Origin: Amoebidium appalachense | Lineage: Eukaryota > Protista > Ichthyosporea | Assembly: GCA_963693365.1 (NCBI GenBank) | Contig: CAVNZM010000007.1 | Coordinates: 7,623,962 to 7,687,961, forward strand | Length of the DNA stretch: 64,000 bases | Direction of reading: 5' to 3' | The notes under the pieces: model-generated | The model's database searches: none | Told to the model about the DNA's origin: nothing | Seen by the model: only the letters and a program-made list of their open reading frames with translations | Program-made: the position numbers and the translations under genes | Shown here: positions 1 to 57,929 of the stretch, piece by piece | Layout of the letters: each line of letters starts with the position of its first letter | Position numbering within the stretch: the first letter of the stretch is position 1

Positions 1-55
1 TGAGGAGGAAGGGATGGGGAAGGGGGGAATGGGGGATTGGGAATGAAAAACATAC

Positions 56-27715
<27,660 letters not shown>

Positions 27716-27914
27716 CCTGTCACGACTTGCGAGGCCGACAAAGCCCACAAAATAATAACTCAAGAAGACAGCCCTTTCGCGGATAAATTTTTTTTGCCGC
27801 TTCTCACAAAAATAAGAGGCCAAGCATGCCTCCTTTCTTTCCTGTATATTTTCCTCACGCGTTTCCTCCCCTTCTCGTTTTTACTTTTCGTGACAGAAGT
27901 TCCGCTAACATGAA

Positions 27915-28010
27915 GGGCGCCGCGCGCCAAAATCACCTTTTGACCAATAAGAAATACGGATGTTGAAGGGAGCCAATCAGCGTTAGGCGGACTCTTTTGT
28001 GACGTCACAG
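27915..28010. promoter_or_regulatory. Putative bidirectional promoter (SMC6 / orphan gene) with E2F site, two CCAAT boxes and a CRE palindrome
   Basis: GCGCCAAA (TTTGGCGC) at 27924-27931; CCAAT at 27944 and 27973; TGTGACGTCACA at 27998-28009. Lies between head-to-head ATGs at 27715 and 28278. Confidence 0.6.
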
Positions 28011-28277
28011 TCAAGTGCACCTCCCGGGACTTCATTTTCAAGGCATCGTTTTTCCCCCACTGTACTTTTTGGTAGTTGAGTAAGTTTAGCGAAGCACCTC
28101 AGTTATACGGCACAGCCTGTTAGTTTACGTAGTGGTTTAAACTACATATTTGTACTGGCTAAAAAATTGGATTCAATGACGGCATAGGTCAGGACTCCTT
28201 TGAAGTTACTGCAAAGGTTATTATTATCATTTGGTCAGTTTCAGGGACACAGATCCAACTTAATCTATGGTGGGAAC

Positions 28278-34593
<6,316 letters not shown>

Positions 34594-34812
34594 TGGGTTT
34601 TTCATTGGTCTGCATGTTGGAGGGGGTGTAAAAGAAACAAAGAAAATCGTCGAATTGTTTAATGTTGCCTTTTGCTAGTATGTTTACATTAATATGTACA
34701 CGGGATGTGGAGACGTTCGTTTTTTTTTAACTTTTTATGGGAGTTCTTCCTTTTCTCTCTCTTGTGTGTGTGTGTGTGGTGGTGGTGGTGTGTTGGTGTT
34801 GGTGTGCCTGGT

Positions 34813-34851
<39 letters not shown>

Positions 34852-35429
34852 AGGCACATCGCTGGGCGATTTGGAGTTATTTGGAGTTATTTGGAGTTAA
34901 GTGGGTTTAGCGTTGTAATGGTACCTCGGCCCAACTCATGAAAATAATCTGTTATTAATTAAAATTATGATAAGTGCATTTTTATATGCATATTCCGTAA
35001 GGGCTGGCCACTGTGTTGCCACACTCTAAAGACCTAGATATGTTATGGCTGTACGAGCCAATACGAATGTAGTGTGTATTGCTATTGTCTGCTTGGAAAC
35101 AACACAACCAACAAAGCAATAACAAGTGTTTATCGTAACATGAATTACCACAAACTATCTTTCTCCCTGTCCCTTCCCCTTTTAAAAATTTCTCCTTCCT
35201 TTCCTCCCTCCCTCCCTCCCCCTCCTTCTCTCTCCTCTCACTCTCTCCGTCTTTCTCTCCCTCCCTCCTGCGATATATTTTTCTCCCTTCCTCCCCCCCC
35301 CACCCCCCCCCCCCCCGCCTTCCCCCTTTTTCGCCCTCATAAGGATTAGAAAAAGTTAAGAAGCCCACACCCCTGCACTTCTCCAGCCCTCTCTCCCGCC
35401 CGATCATCATGTCCCCCCCCCCCTCCCCC

Positions 35430-35476
<47 letters not shown>

Positions 35477-35761
35477 CACACCCCCAACCCACCCAACCCC
35501 ACCCCCACCCACTACCATCACCACCACTCTTCCACCCAAAAAAAAGAGAGAAAGAGAGAGAGGGAGGGAGGGAGGGAGGGAGGGAGGGAGGGAGGGAGGG
35601 AGGGAGGGAGAGAAGAGGGAGAGAGAGGGAGAGGGAAAGAGAGTGCGAGAGGGAAAAGAAAAAAGAATGAATGAAATAAAAGAAAGAAAAAAGAAAGAGA
35701 AAAGGAAAGAAAGAAATGACGCCGTGGAAAGAAACAAGGGGGGGGGGGAAACGAGGAGATT

Positions 35762-35816
<55 letters not shown>

Positions 35817-36501
35817 GTGTTACGGTTGTTTTGCCTCGGTATAAATCCCATTTCTGGACCTTGCTGTGGCGTCACTGTAGGGGGATCCCTTAGCTTTTTA
35901 ATAGTTTATGAGAAAAAAATTTATTGGTTTATGGGCATTTTATTGGCTTAGGAGCATTTTATTGGTTTAAGAACCTTTTCATTGGTTATGTACAATATCT
36001 GGGCCTACCGGACACACATAGCAGTAATGATGCAATCTCTGCTGCAACCAGTACATACTTCCTATATTCGAATACTTCGATCATCCATCCACATGTGCAT
36101 CCGATGAAAAACATTCCTGCATTGTGAAGCGTCATGGCCTGAAGCCCAACCAATTCGAAATCTTTCAATGCAAAGGTGAAACCGATATCGTTTAGTTAAT
36201 AACGTGCACATGCACAGCACAGTGGGAGAGTGTATATGCTTTGTAAACCCAAACATCATTCATGCAAGAACTTGAACTACTAACCATAAAGTTCTGGCCT
36301 GTAGTGTCCCCGAAAGCTTAGACAAATGCGCATGCTTTTAGAGTTTTTTTTGTTTAAATCTACAACCCTTCCGCGCAAAATCTTTATTCATATGCAACTG
36401 CTATACCTAAATCTTTGATCATTCTTTAGCTATTTTTGGTGTTACAGTATATACAACCCCTACAGCCATATCAGCTACCACACCTAACTCTTCATAATTC
36501 T

Positions 36502-48099
<11,598 letters not shown>

Positions 48100-48493
48100 T
48101 TTGTTTAGTCTATATGAGTGGAATGAGAAAATTGGAAATGCTCCTGAGATACAGTACAGCTGGTGGAAGGACTGCAGTGTGTTTGTGCTTTAGCCGATGG
48201 AAAAATGGAAGGAACGACAGCTGCAAATCTGCTGGTGACGGATGTGTCTTGGCCCAGACCATTACTATGTGATTCAAAGCTAATTTATGTGGGGCGCGTG
48301 TTGTTTTTGCGTTGCCGCGCCCCCCGGCCCTATTTTCATATATATAGAGCATTAGTTTCGCTCAAAAAAAAAAAAAAAAAAAACTTACAGCGTGTGTGGT
48401 GCCAGAGTGAGAGTCAGTGTCTGTATGTGCAGAAGCTGCCTGCCAGCCAGGATTATAGTCTGGACGAATCAGAATGCGCTATATTATTCATCA

Positions 48494-48535
48494 ATGATTG
48501 GTCACAGAAAATGGTATGTAGAACTGATTGGTTCA
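48494..48535 (-). promoter_or_regulatory. Paired CCAAT boxes upstream of the GT61 gene
   Basis: TGATTGG occurs twice about 30 bp apart, the same spacing as in the SMC6 promoter. Confidence 0.4.
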
Positions 48536-50495
48536 CTAAACTGTGAGCACTAAGCACCACGGTGGCGGGTGCGCACTGCACGCCCCCATGCTGATTCTAA
48601 ACACCATAACAAAGAGTCAAATAACTATATAGAAGCTCAGAGAAACGGTATTGATGATACAGAGTGTAGCCAAAGAGGCTTTGTTTGAGTTTATATAAGC
48701 TTGCAGGGGATTCGGATATCATAGGCTTGCCGGGGCCGGGGGGGATCTAATCTGTTCTTCGCATCGGATTGGCAAATAGATTTTCACCAACAGGCCTGCC
48801 TGACCTTACACCCGCGGTGCGGCTAGTTTTCGCCGTCGGCCCAGACAAAGCCAAGAGGCTTGCACCAGGGCAATGAACTGTGAATTAGATTGTCACTCTA
48901 TTCTGTTGCAAGCTGTTGCAAGCATGCATGGAGCGAGTATGTAGCCTTATTGTTATTGGGATTTTCATAATACACGTGGCCCCCGGGGCCCTCAGCCATG
49001 CCACCGTGCTGTCGCCTTCAGCACCTTCTAATAATCCAACACTAGTTAGAGCATGCTTCTTATGTAAAGCCTGACTGCACGAGGGCAGGCGAGCTGTGGA
49101 TAGAGTTAAAGCAAATTAATGATTTGGCCTCGATTGTGTGTGTGCCTTTATTGGTTGTGGGGGTGGTGGGTTGGAAAGATAGAGGAGGGAAGGGGGGAGG
49201 GGACGCCACGGGGGGCAGGGGAAGGGAGGGGAGGGGGAGGTCCTGGAGGCCACAGGCGTGGGTGGGCGGGTGGGGTGGGGCTGGGGGTGGGTGGGTAGGG
49301 GGGAGGGGGAAGGGGGGGGGAGGGAGAGAGAGAGAGATGTAAAGATGAATATAGACGGAGAAGGGGGAGAAAGAGTGTCAGAGAGGGCCTCGGCAGGGGA
49401 TGAGAGTGGGGAGTGAATAGGGGGTGGGGGTAAGGGTGGGGTGGGGCTGTGGGGGCGGGGGGAGGGGGGGGGGGGGAGCGGAGGGATGGAAAGACGAGAG
49501 ACACACAGAGAGGGGGGGGGAGGGAGGAAGGGGGGGAGATGGAGAGAGATTTAGAGGGGAAGAGGGGGGAGGGGGAGAGAGAGAGAGAAAGGGAGGGAGG
49601 GAGGGAGGGAGGGAAAGAGCAGGAGCCTGGAAGAGGGAACAGTGTGTGGATGTAAATGTACGCACCCGAGAGAGCTAGATCGAGAACTCGAGAGAGCGAT
49701 GGGAGCAGAGAAGAAGCGGGCAGAGAGAGAGAGAGAGAGGGAATACGAGAGAGAGATAAATACGAGAGAGAGAGAGACTGAGACGAAAGAGAGAGAGAGG
49801 GGGGGAGGGGGAGAGAGAGAGAGGGGAAGGGGGGAGAAAGAGAGAGAGTGTGTGTGTGTGTGAGGGGAGAGGGAAAGAGTGAGAGAGAGAGAGAGAGAGT
49901 AGAAGGACCAGATGTCAAAGATATAAAATCGGATGTGATCCCTAAGGGAGGGGGGTGTGGGGGGGGGACAAGAGAGCAAAAGAGAGGGATTAGGAGAGTT
50001 GGGAGGAGGGGATAGGGAGAGAGCGCGCGGGAGAGGGAGAGAGGGGGAGCGGGGAAGAGAGGGAGAGAGAGAGGCTGTGGGGCAGGGAGTGGGAGAGCGT
50101 GGAGGTTGAGCTAGTCACGGAGACCTACTCTGATTAACACAAACCCTTGACTGAAACTTTGAAGAACATTTACGCACTGTGAGAGGTTTGCTCTTTATAG
50201 AAACTAATAGAAGAACTCTGTTATTAGCTAGATACAAGTTAGAAGAACACGCAGGTTAACACTCACCGAAAGCATGTCCTCGCTAGTTAGGACTAAATTA
50301 CTCTACACAGTAGCCATCTTGCACTGATTAGTTCACAATCTGACCTCCTTAATTGGCCCTATCTTAGACACGAAAGTCTCACATGCTTCACTGCACACTT
50401 CTATATTACCTTAGAAGCCAAACAACTTACACACCCTTTACCTAGGTGGTTTCTGGTTACCTGTCGAACCTTGCCCCCATGTGTCTCTGTCTCTG

Positions 50496-50709
<214 letters not shown>

Positions 50710-50748
50710 GTCTCTAGTTTCTGGTTACCTATCAAGCCTTACCCCCAG

Positions 50749-50790
<42 letters not shown>

Positions 50791-50855
50791 ACTCTCTCCT
50801 CCTCCCCCCCCCCCCCCCTTCTCCTACACCCTTCTCTCTCACTCTCCTTCCCTAC

Positions 50856-51670
50856 TTAGCCCTCAGCAAACCTGTGAGTGTGCGCACAGCAAAACCAGCC
50901 AAGAACGCCACCACACCCACCAACGCCAACCTGCTGCCGCCGCTACCCTCTTCCCTCTGCATCTTGGCACCCTTCTCTTGCCCAGGTCTCTTGTAGTTCC
51001 GCACGTACTCCGGAACAGTCGTTCCGGGGGTGAGCGTAGGGTCGTTAATGGGCTCTCCTGTTGCCATATACAGAGGGAGAACACCGCTCCACACGGGAAA
51101 CCCATCGTCACATTTATCATCACCCGGGTTTCCAGTTCTGCATTTTGCACTTGCCTCGGAGATTGGCAAACGTGCCATGATTGTGGCAGACACCTCTGCA
51201 TCTGTGGGAACTCTGGCCTCCGCCCACCGGTTGGGAATCACGTGATCGGTGAACACGTGCATGGAACGCATCTTCTCGTCTGGGTCAGTAATTTCCTCCG
51301 CCTTGCCAAATAGAACAACCGACCGGTAGTTGAAGGAGTGATTGAAGACGGAGCGAGCCATAACGAAACCGTCACACAGAGTCACCACCACACAGCACGG
51401 CTCCTCTAAGATCTGACGCAACATGAAGGAGTTGCTCTTCGCGTGGAGTATCATATAGTCGCCCTCGATGCCATAGGCAGTGGGGATACAACGCACTTCC
51501 CCGTTGTCATCTTTGAAAGCAACATGACATAAAAAACCTTCTTGTAGAATTGCGTGTATTTTCTCCTTCTCGTGCGAGCCCCTGGTGGGTAGACGAGCCA
51601 GGCGCGTCTTGTCCGTCACGGGAAATGTTTCTCCCTTGAGCTCCTCTGGAGGAACCTCCACACCACCCAT
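50856..51670 (-). CDS. Flavin-nucleotide-binding protein, pyridoxamine 5'-phosphate oxidase-like (NimA / Pyridox_ox_2) with a C-terminal hydrophobic anchor; intronless CDS
   Basis: 272-aa ORF (ORF track 50852-51670) with ILQEGFLCHVAF, IPTAY, VVTLCDGFVMARSVFNHSFNYRSVVLFG, SAKCRTG and WSGVLP. Confidence 0.88.
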
Positions 51671-52965
51671 TCTTTAACTATGAAGTCTTACGAGTTTACT
51701 TGCAGGGGATACACTTCTTCCTCCACATAGGCCAGACTGTAAGTGTGCTTCTGCGACTAACAGGTACTGACCTGTCTCTCGTTGAACTACAGTCAAAGCC
51801 TTCCGTTCGTTGCGGACTGAAAAGAAAAGTAAGACGCAAAAAGAGAGACAGCTCAGTAGCTGTTAGCTTCTGCGACACTGTGTCCACGCAACTTTCGCGC
51901 CGACGTTCTTGTAGATCTCTGCCATTTGCAGCGTCAGCCGTATAGCGCCTGACCAGGGATCGAGATTCCCAAAAAAAACATTTGGGAATTTCCCAAATTT
52001 GTTTTCCTGTATTCCCAAAGAACCTCCAGGATGGGGAGGGGGGGGGGGGGGGGGGGGAGGGGGGGAGGGGGTAACTCAACAAAAAAAAAAGGGGGGGGTG
52101 GTGAGGGAGAGGCCGGGGGGTGAGGAGGGAGGGGGGCGGGGAGGGGAGGGGAGGGGAGAAGGGGGACTCAAGTGGGCAAAATGGACTGTGCACGTGGGTG
52201 AATATTGGGGCCATGGCCAGCATGGCCCGAGGGGAGCGCCCAGGCCGGGGCGGGGGGCCGGGGCCGGCCGGGGTCGGAGGGCCCGGGGACTCGGGGGGAC
52301 CCCTTTTTAGGGGAGGCCGGGCGGGAGGGGGGGGGGGGGGGGGGGGGGGTCAGTGGGTACTACAGTGGGTCACTGGGGCCCCGGGGCGAAGATGGGGTAG
52401 GGGAGGAGGACTGTGACCGGTTTTTTGTACATGTGCGCGCTCAGGATTTTCCCAAACGCGTAGGCTTTTCCCCAAGTTTTTTTTTGGCAAATCCCAAACA
52501 TTTTGGACCCTACCCCAAAGTTTCAAAAGAAGAATTCGAACCCTGCGCCTGACATCATTGAAAGGGCCTGACTCAATCCGTGGCACTGCAAGGAGCACAG
52601 CGCTCCACAATGCGAGGGCAGTGTGAAAAGTTAGCAGACGGACCATATGCTTATAGACGACCTGATGATGTTGGAAGTTGGAGAGTTTGGTGTAAATAGG
52701 TATATAGCGGTATGTAGCTGTGCTTATCATGGTGTATAAATATAAATAGCTACTCCGAGTTCAACTATGTACTCTACGTAGGTCACGGCTACGTGGTGCG
52801 TGTACACATGATGCACACACAGAATGTACGTACGCGCCATTGACACAGCTTGAATGTACTATCATGTTGTGAACACACACACACACGCGTGCACATGTGA
52901 CGTACATGTATACGTAGGCACTCACAGACATAGCCACACTGTGACGTCGACGTCGACATGTGCAG

Positions 52966-53018
<53 letters not shown>

Positions 53019-53687
53019 GAGTCTCTCTCTCTCTCTGATATAAACAAGAAACTTGACACACGCTAAAGAAACTTGAGCAAGCTAATGTTTATACTGTATA
53101 TAAACAATCACGGTCACACATCAAGTTGTACTGGCAGACGCGAGTACTACCCTTGCACTTTGTTTCAGTTTCTTTTCTTTATTTTTTCCCTTACCTCATC
53201 TGTCAACACATGGTGCAGATCTTTGGATTGAAATTTTTTTTGTTATGAATATTACATTAACACTTGCAAACTTTCAAGATGAAATTGTAACAAAAGCGCT
53301 ACCAGTACCATTTAGTCTCACGTCGATAGCGACAACAACATTACTGGATTAGGAAAATACGAAAGTAAAGAACCATCTATTGGAAGGGAATGTCGATGAA
53401 AATGTCGCAAATTGTTTGTTTTACACTGTGACAAGCCCACATCCTAAATAAAACTAAAAGCACTTAGGAACCACATCCTAAAATGCGACTCTCAGGCTAT
53501 GTTGCATTGCCACCCACGGTCATGCAAAAACATTCACCCCACAGCTCTGCAACAGTATCTCCCCCCCCCCCCCCCCCTTCTCCCCCCGTCCTTATGCAGC
53601 CATAATTACACCCGCTGCCACACCAGTCCCACCAGTGTATGCAGGCAAAAAAGGGAAAATGGGAAGAAGGGGGAAGAAGGAAGCCTA

Positions 53688-53776
<89 letters not shown>

Positions 53777-53967
53777 GATGAACCGGAAAAAAGTCGAAAA
53801 AAATAACTTGAAAAAAAAAACTTTAATGAGAGAGAAAGGGATAAAAAAAAACAAAAAAAAAACAGGAAAACGCAAATTCGCCCGCCGCACCCACCTCACG
53901 CCTACATGCGCTGCACGAAGTTGCTAGAAATATTCCCGTTAAGCCCCAGAAAATTGAGAGGGAGGGG

Positions 53968-54006
<39 letters not shown>

Positions 54007-54103
54007 TCGCAGATTCGCCCGCCCGGCGGGCACACACCTCACACCTACATGCGCTGCACGAAGTTGCTGGGGAATATCCCCGTTCTGCCCCGGAAAAGAA
54101 GGG

Positions 54104-54146
<43 letters not shown>

Positions 54147-54176
54147 GCAGATTTGCCCCCCGCACACACCGCACAC

Positions 54177-54438
54177 CTACATTCGCTGCACGAAATTGCT
54201 GGGGAATATCCCCGTTCTGCCCCGGAACCTCCCCTGCATCCAGTTGTCGTCAATCACAGACAGTAATTCCACCTGGTCTCCCTTCCTCAGTTCCAACTCG
54301 TTCGGGTTTTCCGCAACGAAATCGTACATGACTTGCACCCACTCCCCTTGGCCTGATGACATGGGGCGACCACCGCCGCTCTCCCTGTGGATATCGTGGT
54401 TGGGTGGGTTAGTGGGGTTTGGTGGTTGGGAAAAGGAA

Positions 54439-54492
<54 letters not shown>

Positions 54493-54603
54493 TGGGGGTG
54501 TGTGTGTGTGCTGGTGTGCAAGTGGTTGTGTGTTTGGCTGTGTGTATAACATTTTTGTTAAAAAGGCGGCGGCATCCCAGGGGGGTGGGTTTTTTTTTTT
54601 TTT

Positions 54604-54634
<31 letters not shown>

Positions 54635-55666
54635 GGAAGGGGGAGGGGGGAGAGGGGGGGAAAGGTGCCGGCTATGTCGTTGGTTCACGCTTGAATGATG
54701 TTGACAGCCGTTAGAGTGGCAAGACAGCTCGAAAATGCAAGGCGGGGATGGAAAAATGAAAAGAGCATACAGCATACCAAGAGCCCAGGGAGAGGGGGAG
54801 AGGGGGGGGGAGGAGGGGGGGTTTGAATGCGTCAAAAAGTACGAAGTACACAAGAACAAACGGATAACACGATGCAGAATGCAAGCCATACATAAAGAGT
54901 ATGCATAATAAGCAGAGCCCATCCTCAGGGGGGGCCCACGTCATCCACAGTACCCGAGTTTCGACCTATTCACCTCGTTAACGAAACCCAACTCAGATAC
55001 TGTTTCACTTGAACATGGGTAGGTCACCCGTCTTGATCAGAGACGAGCAGGGTTGCTTATGCATGCAAGGGCAGTGGGAAAGGCCGGGGGTTAAAGTTGC
55101 AGCAGTAAGCAGGAGCAAGAAGGAAAGCATCCAATGTATCTGAATTCGGTCCATTCTCCTCGGTACAAAACCCTACTTACAGGGGAGAATGGGGGGGAAA
55201 GAAGAAGTGGTAGTGTCACATGATGTGTGTGTGTGTGTGAGGAGTGAAGAGGGGCCGGGGCGCGGGGGGGGGGGGGGGGGGGGGGGGGGGGATGGTAAAG
55301 ATGCAGCCAACGATATGACAAAACAAGGTAGCGGGGGGGGGGGGAGAGGGGGGGGAAGGGGGGGGATTGGAAGACCCGAAAGAAAAACCGAATGAAAAAG
55401 AGAAAGAGCTAGAAACAGAGGTGGTATGAGTACAGGGGGAGGATGATGATAAAGCAGTGGAGGTGGTATGAGTGCAGGGGGAGGATGATGATAAAGCAGT
55501 GGAGGTCTCTCGTGTGAAGGTGTGTTAGTGTGGTAGGTCATGTGCCAGTGTGTGCTTGTAGGCCGGTGTGTGCGTGTGCGCGTGTGTTTCAAAGAATATG
55601 AGGGAGTGTGTGTGTGTGTGTATCCGTATGCACGTGTGAGTGTACCTGTGCGTTTGCATTGTGTTT

Positions 55667-55707
<41 letters not shown>

Positions 55708-55977
55708 CGTTGTGTTAGTGGGTGAATGGGTGGGAAGGAGGGGTGGGATCTAAGGGTAGTGATGCAGAGGAAGGGCGATACCGATGCCCAGGTGAGCAGT
55801 GTGTGTGTGTGAGGGGGGCAGGGGATGCAATAGATGGGTGGAGAACAACAAAGGTAAGACGTGGAATAGACAAAGCCAACACAACATAAACCATACAACG
55901 GGGAGTCAGGGGAGGCAGGGGGACGGAGAGAAAGAGAAGGGAGTGAGAGGAAACAAGGGAGATCGGGTAGGGTGGGT

Positions 55978-56012
<35 letters not shown>

Positions 56013-56036
56013 GGGGGATGGGGCAGGGGATGTTGT

Positions 56037-56077
<41 letters not shown>

Positions 56078-56520
56078 GGGGGAGAGAGTGTGTGTGTGTG
56101 ACAAAAGAGAGACACACCTCCGCGCAAGCGTTGAAACTGGCGCTGGACCCGCACCAGTAGAAGTAGATCTCCCCAGAGCCCTCCCCATAGACTGCGGCCG
56201 GCTGGAATAACCCGGGGCCGGTCTGTTGTCCGGAATTATGGACGGGGCCCTCTGATAGCGCTCCATTTGTGGGTGGGAGGCTGCCTCGTTTGCACGGCAC
56301 TCAATCTCGTGCACGAGTGGGGCCAGAATTTCGGCCGTAAGGCGGTGGAATTCCAACTGGGCCTGCACAAGTGCAAGTAGTTGCCTGCAGTGCTCCGGTT
56401 CGTTTTCAAGAACCTGCGTGGGTCATGGGGGAGTGTTATGGTTTTTTTTTTTTTAAAAAAAAAAAACAAGTGCTCCGGTTCGTTTTCGAGAACCTGAGTG
56501 GGTCATGGGGGAGTGTTATG

Positions 56521-56553
<33 letters not shown>

Positions 56554-56815
56554 GAATATCTGAAAAAATCAGGCGCAAGGCAGGGCTTTTCTGAAGGTGT
56601 AGGGAGAAAACAATAACTATGTTACATGATTGGTGTGATCTGTATAAAGGTTTGCTTCGCTAGGTGGGTGGGTGGGTTGTGGGATGGGTGAGGGCCATTA
56701 TTTCTTTCTTGCTTGCTTGCTGTTTTTTGTCCCTCTTTTTTCCTTCTCTTTTTTTTTCCCCCCTAATATGTTCTAATGGGAACTCGCACTGGTGTCGGGT
56801 TAGACAAGTGCACGG

Positions 56816-56857
<42 letters not shown>

Positions 56858-57003
56858 GGAGGAGGGGGGGGCAGATTGCGGAATACGGTACCAACGATGC
56901 GAAACACGGTGCAGGGCACATGCAAAGGCAAACATTTAAATAAGCAACATCAAATATCAGCAACGTGCGCAGCACGCAAAATAGGCAGAACCCATCCTTG
57001 GGG

Positions 57004-57044
<41 letters not shown>

Positions 57045-57576
57045 GGGGAGGGAGGGGGGGGGGGGGGGGGGGGGGGGAGCAATGGCCCAGGTGAACAGCC
57101 CACAGTAAAGCCATTTTGCTGCATTTGTCCCCTCCTCCCCCCCCCCCCCCCCCCCCCCCCCCGCCCGGAGAGAGGGGGCTCTTCTTCATCCCTTTCATGT
57201 GCTTTCACACCCATAAACCTCACCCCTCGACTCGAAGTCCACTCTAGCCTTACCCTGTATATGCCTCAATAAATCCCCTCTCCTTAACTCTCGAGAAAAA
57301 TCACGATGCAACATAGCGTGTGCTGCAACAAACACCCTCTATTCATTCGTTTTTAGCTCCTCTCCCCCCCCCCCCCCCCTCCCCCCCCATTCCCCCCTCC
57401 CCCCTCGGCGAGCGTTCCAATCCTTACTTTTCCTGCCTGCCTCCCTCCCTTCCTCCCCCCCTCCCCTCCTTCCCACACAAATACACACTCTCCTCACCCC
57501 TGCCACCACCTGTGACCTGCTCTCCTCAAGCTCTTAATGAACGAAGTGGAGATGATGGTTAAGAAGAGGAGAGAAA

Positions 57577-57626
<50 letters not shown>

Positions 57627-57889
57627 GAAGTAAGGCAGAGGAGCCCGAGCGAGCGCCCCGGGGGGAGGGGTGGGGGGGGGACTTGAAGAGGATGATAATC
57701 ACAAAATGCAGATAACGAATACATGCACCCTTCTAGCAATCAGCAAAACCCCCAATCGGAAGACATACACAGTAAACAGCCACGTGCGGTAGTTCCCCTC
57801 CAGCGCCCCGGGAGGAAAGGGTTTTGGGGGGGGGGGGGGGGGGGGGGGGGAAGGGGGGGGGGCAAGGGGGGGGGGGGGGGGGGGGGGGG

Positions 57890-57929
<40 letters not shown>

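Noticed and set aside
55419-55505. 42-bp tandem duplication (also 31-bp x2 at 62102-62165)
   Set aside because: Ordinary short intronic or intergenic duplications with no associated insert or evident function.
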